Source of the DNA: an uncultured Gemmatimonadales bacterium | GTDB taxonomy: Bacteria; Gemmatimonadota; Gemmatimonadetes; Gemmatimonadales; Gemmatimonadaceae | NCBI GenBank assembly: GCA_963793305.1 | Contig: CAWBZV010000003.1 | Coordinates: forward strand, 928,001-992,000 | Reading direction: 5' to 3' | Length of the DNA stretch: 64,000 bases | Part shown: piece after piece, positions 48,477 to 58,979 of the stretch | How the letters are laid out: the number at the start of each line of letters is the position of its first letter | Position numbering within the stretch: the stretch's first letter is position 1 | Position numbers and translations under genes: made by a program | Notes under the pieces: model-generated | What the model saw: only the letters and a program-made list of their open reading frames with translations | The model's database searches: none | What the model was told of the DNA's origin: nothing

Positions 48477-51400
48477 CTACTGTGATGAGACCGTGACGCG
48501 GTCGATCGGCGCCGGACGCGGGACCCGATGCACGGGATGCTCGTTCAAGAGCCTCAGCGCTTCCGCCACCGCACGCTCCAACTGGGGGTCGTGACCTTTG
48601 ATCACCTCGGCCGGCGTGTTCTCGACCTCGATGTCCGGCGTGATACCCTCGTTCTCGATCCCCCATTTCCCATCGGGATTGTAGAACGCCAGGTTAGGCG
48701 CGGTGATGCCACCGTTATCGATCACCGGCGGCACGAGGAGCGTCCCCACCAATCCACCCCACGTCCGCGTGCCCACGAGGGGCCCAAGCTTCATCGCGCG
48801 GAAGTAGTAGGGCAGCGCGTCGCCACCAGAGCCCGCCGACTCGTTGACAACCATGACCTTGGGACCCGGCGCCGTCATCATCGGCATCGAGATCGGCTTT
48901 CCCGCCCGCTCCGCGAAGTAGCCGACGACCGGCCGATTCAGCGCGTCGACGATGTAGTCGGCGATGTCGCCGCCTTGATTGTAGCGCTCATCGATGATCA
49001 TGCCGTCCTTGTCGATCTGCGGGAAATACATCCGCTTGAACGACGTGTAGCCGCCATCCGCCGTGTTCGGCAGCCACACATACCCCACCCGGCCCCCCGA
49101 CAGCTTGTCGACGAGCAGTCGATTGCTTTCGATCCACGCCGCGGTCCGCAGTTGTTCGTCGTCCTCGATCGGCACGACGGTCACGAGCCACGAGCCTTGA
49201 AGACCCGGCGCGCTGTTCACGCGCAGCGTCGTCTGATGGTTCGCCGTGCCTTCGAAGTAGCGGTACAGGTTGGCCGGCGCCGCAACGGCGCGGCCGTTCA
49301 CCGACAGGATGTAGTCGCCCTCGGTGACCTTGAGCCCCGGGACGGCGAGCGGCGCTTGCAGCGACGGGTTCCACTGGCCTGTGCTGTAGATCTTCTGAAT
49401 ACGATAGTATCCGTGGTCGACGGCGTAGTCGGCGCCGAGCACGCCGACCGGCACGTGCGCGGTGTCGGGCACATCGCCAGGGCCTTCCAGGTATGAGTGG
49501 CCCACCGTCAGCTCCCCGCCGACCATCGCAAGAAGATACCCGAGATCGGCGCGGTGCTCGATGTACGGCACGAAGACTTTGTACTTGTCGTAGATCGCCT
49601 GCCAGTTGTTGCCGTGCATCTTGGCATCGTAAAAGAACTCGCGCTGCGTCCGCCATGCGTCGCGGAACTCTTCCGCCCACTCGGCCTTGGGGTCCACGAC
49701 CATCTGGAGTTGGTCGACATCGAGCGCGCCATCACCGACCTTCGCCGGTTGGTCGGCGGGGACGATGCCCCAATGGCTGTCGGCGTGGTACAGCAACTTC
49801 TTCTTGTCGGCGGAGACGAAGTAATCGTTGATGCCCTCGATCAGCGACGTCGGCTTTTCGTCGGCCAGGCGATAGAGCGACAGATGCTGACTCTCGGCGC
49901 CCGTCCGTACAGAAGAACGTTCCGGCCGCGCCCGCGATGAGGCTGGGTGTACTCTGCCGGCGGCAGCGGCACCGCCACGATCCGTTGCTGACTGCCGTCG
50001 AGATCCACGCGGGCCGCGCTGGGTTTCGTCGTGTCGTTTGTCGTCGGTTCGTCGGCCGACACCGGCAGGAACGGCGATGCGTCACTAGTGCTGAGCACGA
50101 GCAGATAGACGCTCCGTTTGACCTTCTGCTCCAAGGCGCTCATATCCAGCCATCCGGCCGCGAGTGCCAAGTTCGTGCTCGCCAGGAAGTAGAGATACTT
50201 CCCGCTCGCGTCGAACGCGGGCGAGATGGCGTCGGCCATGCGGTCCGTCACCTGCGTCGCCTTGTCAGTCGCCACCGAGTACACGAAGATCGCCCGCATG
50301 TGACTGTCGAGTGACTTCGAGTAGGCGATCCAGCGAGAGTCCGGAGACCACGTCGCGTCGAGCCCGCGCCCGGGATCGTCATACGTGTCCGCATCGATGC
50401 GCGTGAAATGCCCGCTGGCCATGTCGACGTTCCACAGCGTCCTCGTGTTGTCCACGAGCAGCAGATGCTTCGAGTCCGGCGACCACACGGGAGAGGAGAA
50501 GAAGGCCGTCGACGGCAACGGGATCGCGCGCGGCGCCGACGCGCCGATCTGATCGCCGATCATGAGCTGGTACTCGTCGCCGGCGTCGGAGAGCCACGCG
50601 ATGTGTGCGCCGTCGGGCGACCACGCCGGGCTCCGATCATGCACGCCCGAGCTCTGCGTGAGATTGCGATACTGCCCATTGGCGGTCAGCGTGAAGATGT
50701 CGCCGCGCGCCTCGAACGCCGCGCGGACGCCGGTCGGGGACAGCGTAGCATTGTCGTAGATCAGGTTGCTCACCTTGCGCAACTGCGGCTCGGCCCACGG
50801 GAAGTCGCCGTGCACGCGAATGTCGAGGTCGCGCGATTGGCCGGACTTGAGATCCACGAGATGGATCGTTCCGGCTTGCTCGTAGACGATGGCGTCGGAC
50901 GTTGCCGCCGCGGCCTTGATATCGAAGTCGTGATGGTGCGTGAGCGGCGTGAGCTGCTTCGTGTCCAGGTTGTACGACACGAGATTGACCGTGTTATCGC
51001 GGTCGGACAGAAAGTACACGGTATTGCCGACCCACATCGGATCAGTGTTGTTGCTCCCGGCGCCCGGCACCTGGTCTTCGGAAAAGTCGCCAAGGTTCAT
51101 GATACGGATCTGCTGCGTGCGGCCGCCCCGGTAGCGCCGCCACTGACTGCTCTGATTCTCGGCCCACATGGCCGCGAACATTTGGACGGGGTGATCCTGG
51201 TATGCCATGCGCTTGCCGTCCGGCGAGAGGCCGCCGGCGTACGCGCGCGGCATGGGGAGCGGCTGGGGCATGTCGCCATCGACGCCCACGGTCCAGAGGC
51301 GGAAGAACGAGTTGGTGCCGGGCGTGGGAACAGTCCCGCGACTCGAGGCGAAGACCACCCGCTTGCCATCGGGCGTCCACCCGCGCGCGACATTGACGCC

Positions 51401-51727
51401 CGGGTGATAGGTAAGCCGCTTCGGTTCGCCACCAGTCACCGGAATCACGTAGACGTTGGTGTTGCCGGCGACCGTCGCGGTGTACGCGATCTGTGAGCCG
51501 TCGGGCGAGAAATAGGGATCCGTCTCCAGCGACGGCGTCGCGGTGAGACGGCGTGCATCACCGCCCGTGCGCGGGACAACCCACAGGTCGCCGCCATACT
51601 CGAACGCCACCATGTCGTGGCTGACGGTGGGATGACGGAGCAGGCGCGTGCCTTGGGCCATGGCAGAGGCTGCGCTCGACGCCATCACGAGGACGCCGCA
51701 TACGAGAGATCGGGTAGGCATGGTCAT
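48477..51727 (-). CDS. Tricorn protease (S41B); frameshifts near 49945 and 49900
   Basis: TRLLRHP, PD40 propellers (WSPDG), HSY, PDZ, IIDERYNQGG, NESAGSGGD, RTWGGLVG. Confidence 0.92.
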
Positions 51728-51780
51728 GTGTATACAGCCTGTATACGAAAACAGCAAGATCCGGGTTTCAGGCCGTCGCG

Positions 51781-52839
51781 CTACCCGAAGAAGTGGCGAG
51801 GATTGTCGACGGTGATCGTCCGGATCGCTTGATCCGTGACCCCGATCTGCTTCAGGTACGGAATCGTCTTCCGCGTGTTGAACAGCAGGCCGTCGGGGTT
51901 CTCCTTTTCCTTGGCCTCCATGGTCCCGGTGCGGGCGATGGAGATGCCGAAGTACCAGTCATTCGACAAGAAGATCTTGTTGGCATACCCCGCGTCGACG
52001 AGCCGCTTGAGGCAATCCGCGCGTTGTTGCCACGACAAGATGGGCGGACCGGAGCCTTGGGTCTTTTCCACGCCCCACGGGAGGTGGTCCATGCCAATGG
52101 TGTATCCCCGCTTCACGAGGCCCGTGAGATACTGCATATCGTCCGTATCGTCGCAATGCCCCAAGCACACCTTGGCAGGGTCCAATCCCTCGGCCTCGAA
52201 AATGTCCGCCTGCTTTTCGCCGATGCGATCGGCCGCATAGGTATGCGTGGTCACCGGCACGCCGGTCGCTTTGCTGGCCCGCGCCGCGGCTCGCAATGCG
52301 CGCTCGATGAACGGCGTGACGCCTTCGTGATCCGTCGCGACCTTGATGACGCCCGGCTTGATGTTCGTGCCTGATATGCCGCGCTCGATCTCCAGCACGA
52401 AGAAGTCCGTGAGCTCTTCCGTCGTGCGCGCCGCCATGGACAACGATGGGTAGAGCCAGTGGCCGGTGCAGGCGATGATATGCACGCCGGACTTTCGCGA
52501 CACCTCTTCCAGGAGACGAATGTCGCGACCAATGTCGGCGGGCGTGACGTTGACAATGGTGTCCACGCCCTCGGCCTTCGCCGCCTGGAGTTTCGCGACC
52601 ACCTTGCTCACGAACGTGGAACGGTCCCCGAAGAACTCCGGCCATATTTCCCAGAACCCCGCTGAGCTGGCGCACATGTGTTCGTGCGGCAAGGTGAAGC
52701 CGAGTACATCGGCATCGATCGGTCCTCGGACCGTCTGAACGACACGAGACCGTCGTCCGGTGTCCCTGAGAGACAGCTGCGCCGCCGCCGCAACGCTTGC
52801 ACCAGCGACCTGCGCGAGAAACTCGCGACGACTCCCCAT
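51781..52839 (-). CDS. Phosphotriesterase (organophosphate hydrolase-like) with Tat signal
   Basis: SRREFL; TLPHEH, IKVAT, VTTHT, GHCDDTDD, MDH, SNDW; recalled OPH-type loop SSAGF..WPEFFG. Confidence 0.9.
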   Translation of the reverse strand: MGSRREFLAQVAGASVAAAAQLSLRDTGRRSRVVQTVRGPIDADVLGFTLPHEHMCASSAGFWEIWPEFFGDRSTFVSKVVAKLQAAKAEGVDTIVNVTPADIGRDIRLLEEVSRKSGVHIIACTGHWLYPSLSMAARTTEELTDFFVLEIERGISGTNIKPGVIKVATDHEGVTPFIERALRAAARASKATGVPVTTHTYAADRIGEKQADIFEAEGLDPAKVCLGHCDDTDDMQYLTGLVKRGYTIGMDHLPWGVEKTQGSGPPILSWQQRADCLKRLVDAGYANKIFLSNDWYFGISIARTGTMEAKEKENPDGLLFNTRKTIPYLKQIGVTDQAIRTITVDNPRHFFG

Positions 52840-52863
52840 CGATATTCCCCCCGATTGACGACC

Positions 52864-54339
52864 CTATCGCGCCAGCACTCCGCGTAGCGCGGCGAGACCG
52901 CGCTCGATCTCGCTCAGGTCAACCACCCCATACCCGAACACCAGTCCGGGCCGCGGCAACGGCGTTAAATGATAGCGCTCGAGCGTATGAATCTTCACCG
53001 AGCGACCCGCAAGGGCTTGAACGGCAGCGTCCAGATCGATTCCGTCCCGAGCCCAGGCGGCGACGTGCATCCCGTAGAGCGAGGGGATCGGCTCCAGCCA
53101 GTCAGAAAAGTCTCGCCGCAGTAACGCAAACAATAGTTGGCGCCGCCTACTATAGATCTGGCGCATCCGGCGGATGTGGCGCGCCAGATGCCCTTCGCGG
53201 ATGAACGCGGACACGCCGGTCTGCAGTGGCGTCGAGCAATGCCAGTCGAGACAGTTCTTCGCCGCAACCAACGTGCGCCGCGCCCAGTCCGGGACAACGA
53301 CGAAGCCGAGACGGAGGGACGGCAGCATGCACTTCGAGAAGGTGCCAACGTAGAACACGACATCCGCCGCATCGCTGGCGCGCAGCGATTGCAGCGGGTG
53401 GTCGCCAAACCGGAACTCGCCGTCGTAGTCATCCTCGACGATGACCGCTCCGTGCCGCCGGGCAAAATCCACCAATGCGCCGCGACGGCGCTTGGACATC
53501 GTGACGCCCAGCGGAAACTGATGCGATGGAGAGACGCAGATGATTCCGACGCTTGCCGGCAAGTCGTCGACGATCAGTCCCTCTTCATCCACTCCCACCG
53601 GCACGATCCGGGCGCCGGCGGCGGCAAACGCGACGCGCATCGGCGGATAACCGGGATCCTCGACGGCCACGACCGTCTCGCCCGGCGTCACCAGGATGCG
53701 CGCCAAGAGATCGAAGGCCTGCTGTGCACCCGCGGTTATCACGACGTCGTCGGAGCGACAGACCACGGCGCGCGTCAGGGCGATATGGCTGGTGATGGCC
53801 TCGCGTAGATGAAAATTGCCTTGATTGCCCTGCGGACTCTTGGACGCCGGTGGTTTTTTCTCGAGACCGCGCAACTGCTTGGCGCTGACGCGACGATAGA
53901 CGTCAAACGGGAACAAGCGCGAGTCGATCAAGGCGGGACGAAAGTCCATCGCCGATCCGGCGCGCGGAACGACTGACACATCGTCGCGCCAGAACCCCAT
54001 GGCCGACGTCACGTCCTCTTGGAGCCAGAAGGTATTGAGCCGGTACGTGCTGGCCGGCGAAGGCAAAGACGCGGGCTCGGGTGGCAGATCGGCGACGTAG
54101 GTGCCCGATCCGTGGCGGGCGATGACGAGGCCCTCGCTCGACAATCGGTCATAGACCTCGGCCACCGTATTGCGCGAGAGGCCGAAGAATGCCGCCGACT
54201 TGCGGCTCGCTGGCAGCTGGGTGCCAGCAGCGAGGCGGCCGTCTTGGATGGCGTCCTTCAGTTGACGATAGAGAAACCGGCCGCCGTCCCGCGATCTCGG
54301 GCTCGGGCGTTCCAGCTCGATCTCGAACAACGGATCCAT
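52864..54339 (-). CDS. MocR/GabR family regulator
   Basis: LPASR..A..GLSRNTV; IVEDDYDGEFRF; GTFSKCMLPSLRLG. Confidence 0.95.
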   Translation of the reverse strand: MDPLFEIELERPSPRSRDGGRFLYRQLKDAIQDGRLAAGTQLPASRKSAAFFGLSRNTVAEVYDRLSSEGLVIARHGSGTYVADLPPEPASLPSPASTYRLNTFWLQEDVTSAMGFWRDDVSVVPRAGSAMDFRPALIDSRLFPFDVYRRVSAKQLRGLEKKPPASKSPQGNQGNFHLREAITSHIALTRAVVCRSDDVVITAGAQQAFDLLARILVTPGETVVAVEDPGYPPMRVAFAAAGARIVPVGVDEEGLIVDDLPASVGIICVSPSHQFPLGVTMSKRRRGALVDFARRHGAVIVEDDYDGEFRFGDHPLQSLRASDAADVVFYVGTFSKCMLPSLRLGFVVVPDWARRTLVAAKNCLDWHCSTPLQTGVSAFIREGHLARHIRRMRQIYSRRRQLLFALLRRDFSDWLEPIPSLYGMHVAAWARDGIDLDAAVQALAGRSVKIHTLERYHLTPLPRPGLVFGYGVVDLSEIERGLAALRGVLAR

Positions 54340-54390
54340 AAAGTGGCCCACCAGTATTCTGGCAAAGTGGCCCTTAAACGGGGGCCACTT
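54340..54390. promoter_or_regulatory. Putative MocR operator
   Basis: AAAGTGGCCC at 54340 and 54364 (24-bp period) plus inverted GGGCCACTT at 54382-54390. Confidence 0.75.
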
Positions 54391-54433
54391 AGAGAATACG
54401 TTGGGCAGGCACGCCTGACCATAGGAGCAGAAC

Positions 54434-54967
54434 GTGAATTACGTGATCGCGGCAATCGTTTGCCTCTCGTATCCCTGCGTTGGCCTTTCGCAGGTGCACG
54501 ACGGGCAGCACGACTTTGATTTCAACGTTGGCGTATGGCACACCCACATCACGCGAATTCTCGATCCATTCGCGAGCAGCTCGCCGTCCGTTGAGCTGAA
54601 TGGAACGGTGACCGTGCGCAAAGTGTGGGATGGCAAGGCAGAGCTGGAGGAGATCGAAGCCGACGGGCCGAAAGGCCACTGGGAAGGCCTCACGCTCTTC
54701 CTGTACAACCCGAGCGCGCACCAGTGGACCCAGTCATTCGCCAACAGCAAGGTCGGGATACTGACGTCGAATGTCGGTCAGTTCCAGGATGGCCGTGTCG
54801 TATTAGTTGGTCAGGACAACGGCGTGACTGACAAGACCATCCTGGTGAGAGCCGTGTGGTCCGACATCAAGCCGGAATCGCACACGTACGAGGAGTCGTA
54901 TTCGAATGATGGTGGGATGACATGGGTGCGGTCGTTTACCGCCAACCTGACGAGAGTGAAGCCGTGA
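54434..54967 (+). CDS. Exported beta-barrel protein (DUF1579-like, HDFDF motif)
   Basis: DGQHDFDFNVGVW...LYNP..HQW...SNDGG.TW; paralog of 1221-1781. Confidence 0.72.
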   Translation: MNYVIAAIVCLSYPCVGLSQVHDGQHDFDFNVGVWHTHITRILDPFASSSPSVELNGTVTVRKVWDGKAELEEIEADGPKGHWEGLTLFLYNPSAHQWTQSFANSKVGILTSNVGQFQDGRVVLVGQDNGVTDKTILVRAVWSDIKPESHTYEESYSNDGGMTWVRSFTANLTRVKP

Positions 54968-54971
54968 GCAC

Positions 54972-55721
54972 TCAATACGGCTTGGTCCCTCCGCAGTGCA
55001 TCGGAACTTCCCAAGGTGGCGACTCTCGAATGACGTTGTAGTCGAAGCAATCAGAATTTGTGGGATCTTGATACGGAGCGAGACCCGTGGGAAGCGGCTG
55101 CTGCGGTGGCAGAGCCGTATATGGCGCGAGCATTTTCTTGAACATGTCGGGTGTCACCCGATAACTGGCCGCGATCTGTTCGACGATCGGACGGTCTTGT
55201 GCCGCGCGGCTCGATGGCACCTGCAAGAGGAACACGATGTTCTTGTAGAGACCGAGCCAATCGGGCCGCAGCGAGCAGATCACGCCTTCGAACTTCCTGG
55301 TATCCGATCCGGCGGTCGTGCTCCCGAATAACCGCGAGCACATCGGGAGCTTGGTTGGGACCTCCGAGGCGAACGTGATCTCCGGCTTGGGCAATCCTTG
55401 CTTTGCCGCGCCGGCTTGAAGAATCGTCGTGAACTTCTCTTTCAGTGTCGCGCCGAATGGCAACGCGAACGCGACCTCACCGGTGGTGGCCGAGCCGGCG
55501 GGCCCATTCTTGGCGACGACGATGACTCCAAGATTGACACGCTCGTCGTTCGGGCCGGTGACATACACAAATCCGTTCGACCCTTTGGCGAGCTTCCACC
55601 CATTGGGGATGCCCACCGACGCGGTCTTGTCGTCCGTCGTCGCGGTCGTGAGCTGAGCCGAGGCTCGCGAGGTCGCCGCAATCAGCACCAGACAGACGAG
55701 ACTACGATGCACGATGTTCAT
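54972..55721 (-). CDS. Exported hypothetical protein
   Basis: Signal MNIVHRSLVCLVLIAATSRASA; lies directly downstream of the PKD lipoprotein gene. Confidence 0.7.
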   Translation of the reverse strand: MNIVHRSLVCLVLIAATSRASAQLTTATTDDKTASVGIPNGWKLAKGSNGFVYVTGPNDERVNLGVIVVAKNGPAGSATTGEVAFALPFGATLKEKFTTILQAGAAKQGLPKPEITFASEVPTKLPMCSRLFGSTTAGSDTRKFEGVICSLRPDWLGLYKNIVFLLQVPSSRAAQDRPIVEQIAASYRVTPDMFKKMLAPYTALPPQQPLPTGLAPYQDPTNSDCFDYNVIRESPPWEVPMHCGGTKPY

Positions 55722-55723
55722 AT

Positions 55724-58138
55724 CTACGAGTGCACTCGCACGGCGACGACGCTGTCGACCACGACGACCGTCGTCAGTACTTTTTTGATCGTGGCAGTGC
55801 CCTGGAGCATGATGTATCCGCTCAACATCGTGCCTTTCTTTGTGAGGTTCACGGTGAAGCCGGAATTCGTCACCACACCCGTGTGCGCTTCCATCGATTG
55901 ACCCGTAATCGTCCCCGACGTCGCCGTACCGGTATTGGTGTACCCGAAGATGTCGATCGGGGGGTAGGCAGCCGAGATCGCCAACGGAGTGGGTTGGACC
56001 TGCGCCCACTGTTGCGCGCTATCCGGCGGTGACGCGAAGCCGAAGCCGGCCACGGGATAGAGACCGCTCGTCGGAAACGGTGGTCCGTTCAAAGCAATAA
56101 GCGTGGGGACCGTATTCGGTTGAATGGTGATCGCCAGGCTGTCTTTCACCACCCCCGAGTCCGCCGCCTGTTGGCGCACACCATTGACGAGCGTGTACAG
56201 ATAGGTGAACGACTGGATCTGCCACAGCTCCACATTGGCGGGGTTGATCGTGGTGTCCATCCGGGCAATGACCTGGTTATTGCGATTGTCGATGACCTTG
56301 ACCGTGGTGGCGAGCGTTCCGCCCTTCGCGTACGAGTGCTGGACGGCCGGGTTGTTCTGCACCGTGACCGTGGGCGTGCTGTCGCCGAAGCTCCACTGGT
56401 ACGCGACGTTCGCCGGGAGCAAGTTCGGTTGGAAGGAGACCTGAAGCGTGTCCGGGTCGTTCACCAGGATGCCGCCGGTTGGCAGCGCGACCGTCCCCTG
56501 CAGATTCGTGACCGTGAACTGTTGCCAGTCGAGCCAGCGCCCGACGGCGCCCGCCGATGCAGTGCCCGCGGCGTTGGCCGAGGCGAGTGGCACCCCGAAC
56601 GTCGCTTGCGTGCCTGGGGTGAAGGAGGCATTCGACAGCAGCAGACCGTTCGACCCGAGAGAGCCATTCGAGTCCGTGACTAATCCACCCGAGATCCTGT
56701 AGATGTTGTAGCTCGACTCCACATTCCCCGACGGGGCGGGGGACAATGTCGACGTGAATCCGTACTGGCACGTCGCGCACTGCGCCCAGAAGCGCAGCGT
56801 GTCGACGACGTACATCGTGTCATAGAGCTGGCCAGACCACGAGTAGAAGCCCAACGTCGGGAAGAGGCTGGCGCCGGCTGTTCCCGCAACCGCGTCGGCG
56901 TACGAGGAGGCGAGCGGCGTCAGCGGAATCGCCAAGCCGAGCGAGGTCGCGATCGGTGCGTTGAAAGAGACGCCTTGCTTGTACACAGGATTCTGGTACG
57001 GCGTCATGCCGCTGCTCACCAACTGCAGAAATCGGGTGCTGTCACCGGGCGTCACCGGATCAGCCACATAGATCCGATTGCCGGTCGCCCGATACGCGAT
57101 CAGATAGTAGTAGCCCTGGACAAGGGGACTCTGGAGATCGACGAACACTGGGAGCGGCACGCCGCCGTTCAACGAGGGGAGCGCGAAGCTCGCCCGAATC
57201 TGATCGAACTGCAGCGAGTCTCTGTTTGCGTGGCCGTTGGTAACGGCCATGTAGGCTTGGCTGAGGTAGCTATTGACCTGGTTATCCACCAGGTAGTCGA
57301 TCAAGCTCGTCCAATGGAATCCGATCGTATCGCTGAGCGGCGCGTTCCTGACGGCCGGGAACCGTCCATTCAGCGGAGTCGACGAGGCTCTCGTATTGAA
57401 GTACCAGAGCTCGGTCGCGGCCACGCCGAGCAGCGTGCTCCCCGGCGCCGCCTCCGTCGCAGTGGCCGGCATCTCCCAATCGTTGATGCCCGGCCGAAAA
57501 TGGGTATCCCAATCCTGGTTCAGCACCGCCGCCGGGATCGCGTAGACCCCGTAGGCGACATTCAAGCTGTCAGGACCGCCAGCCGCGGTGCCACCCGAAA
57601 TCGGCCGCGATCGTCCAGCGACCCGCGCCGCCGTCGGCGACAGGACGCCGGGTTGGCTGAGATGCCCCGTGATCGCCGTCACGCTGCCGGCGTCGTAGGC
57701 GATCGTCGTCATGGGCTCGATCGACTTCGACGCCGAGTCGTACAGGACGACGACCGGGAAGGTGTTGGTCGCGACGGTCACCGGAATCTTGAAGGTGATC
57801 GCGCCCTTCGCGTAGCCGCCGGCGCTCGTCACGACATGCACGACCGGCGAGATCGGCACGATCCCGTTCGCGGTTGGCAAGTTCTTGTTCGACGACGAGC
57901 CGATGGTGACGTTGAGCGCGCCAGAGAACGCGCCCGACGGGACGGTCAGGGTAAGGCCGTTGAGCGGGTCCCCGGGCTTGCTGACCGTGATCGTCCCACC
58001 CGTGGACGGGATCGAGCCTTTGGACAACGTATCGAACGACGCCGTGGTCGGCGGCGGCTTGGTACCAGTTGGCGTCGTGTTGGAGTCACCGCACGCGGCG
58101 ACAGCGAGAACGACGGCGGCGAGAACGAACAGACGCAA
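55724..58138 (-). CDS. Large lipoprotein with ZU5-like and PKD domains
   Basis: Lipobox AVAAC; GGTITV..GLTLTVPSGAF; PKD motif YQWSFGD...QHSY..GG. Confidence 0.8.
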   Translation of the reverse strand: MRLFVLAAVVLAVAACGDSNTTPTGTKPPPTTASFDTLSKGSIPSTGGTITVSKPGDPLNGLTLTVPSGAFSGALNVTIGSSSNKNLPTANGIVPISPVVHVVTSAGGYAKGAITFKIPVTVATNTFPVVVLYDSASKSIEPMTTIAYDAGSVTAITGHLSQPGVLSPTAARVAGRSRPISGGTAAGGPDSLNVAYGVYAIPAAVLNQDWDTHFRPGINDWEMPATATEAAPGSTLLGVAATELWYFNTRASSTPLNGRFPAVRNAPLSDTIGFHWTSLIDYLVDNQVNSYLSQAYMAVTNGHANRDSLQFDQIRASFALPSLNGGVPLPVFVDLQSPLVQGYYYLIAYRATGNRIYVADPVTPGDSTRFLQLVSSGMTPYQNPVYKQGVSFNAPIATSLGLAIPLTPLASSYADAVAGTAGASLFPTLGFYSWSGQLYDTMYVVDTLRFWAQCATCQYGFTSTLSPAPSGNVESSYNIYRISGGLVTDSNGSLGSNGLLLSNASFTPGTQATFGVPLASANAAGTASAGAVGRWLDWQQFTVTNLQGTVALPTGGILVNDPDTLQVSFQPNLLPANVAYQWSFGDSTPTVTVQNNPAVQHSYAKGGTLATTVKVIDNRNNQVIARMDTTINPANVELWQIQSFTYLYTLVNGVRQQAADSGVVKDSLAITIQPNTVPTLIALNGPPFPTSGLYPVAGFGFASPPDSAQQWAQVQPTPLAISAAYPPIDIFGYTNTGTATSGTITGQSMEAHTGVVTNSGFTVNLTKKGTMLSGYIMLQGTATIKKVLTTVVVVDSVVAVRVHS

Positions 58139-58195
58139 TTCGAGGCTCCGGAGATGTGGGTCATCTGGAAGAGCGGATTTTCCGAGGATGCGGGC

Positions 58196-58546
58196 TCACC
58201 ACGATGGCCCGAACCCGACCTCGAACCCGATTTCGATCTGCGGCCCCCGGTCGCCGAGCTGCACGATGTCGCCAGGGCACAGGTCGGCGACACCAGCGAC
58301 GCGCTCGCCGTTGACGAACGTTCCGTTCCGGCTCCCGAGGTCCACGATCACGAACCCCACGCGGCCGTCATCCCGCGGCACGATGCGCGCGTGATGCCGC
58401 CCGACCGCGATGTCCTGCTCCGCGTCGAAACGGATGGCCGCCGACGGCGCGCGGCCGAGGATCAGCTCACGGTGCGCGCCGAGCGGGACGATGTCGACTT
58501 CGGTGGCTCGCGCGCCACTTAGGTGTCGAACGATGAGGCGGACCAC
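58196..58546 (-). CDS. Stand-alone FHA domain protein
   Basis: ILGR, VGRHHARI, DLGSRNGTFVNG, GDIVQLG. Confidence 0.9.
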   Translation of the reverse strand: MVRLIVRHLSGARATEVDIVPLGAHRELILGRAPSAAIRFDAEQDIAVGRHHARIVPRDDGRVGFVIVDLGSRNGTFVNGERVAGVADLCPGDIVQLGDRGPQIEIGFEVGFGPSW

Positions 58547-58558
58547 ATCGTATGCCGA

Positions 58559-58924
58559 CTATGGCACCCGTGACGGGAGCGTAATCGAGCAGGTGACGAC
58601 GATGTTATGGGTGCTCTTACCGCCATTCTTGGCCCCCGTGTACTGGACGGTCGCCGTCGAGCAGCCCGACGGGACATTCGACACCGTGATGCTGCCGTCT
58701 CCGGCCGGCACCGCGTCCACGGAGAACGCACCGCTCGCCGAGGTCTCGACGGCCGTCAGCGCCGCCCCCGCCGTCGGTGTCACCGTCACGGTCGCGCTCG
58801 AGATCGCGCCGCCTTGCGAGCCCGTCACGGTGCCCGAGAAGGTTGCCCCAGCATGTGCGCCCGTGGGCGTACTGCAGGCACCGAGCAACAATGCAAAACC
58901 CACCACACCTATACGCGTAGTCAC
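58559..58924 (-). CDS. Small lipoprotein with carboxypeptidase-regulatory-like domain
   Basis: Lipobox LLGAC; SGTVTGSQGGAISSATVTV..TSASGAF. Confidence 0.72.
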   Translation of the reverse strand: MTTRIGVVGFALLLGACSTPTGAHAGATFSGTVTGSQGGAISSATVTVTPTAGAALTAVETSASGAFSVDAVPAGDGSITVSNVPSGCSTATVQYTGAKNGGKSTHNIVVTCSITLPSRVP

Positions 58925-58979
58925 ATTTGTCTCCCTGTTGTGTTGTCGCTTAGATAGCGACAAATCGGGGAGACTTAGC

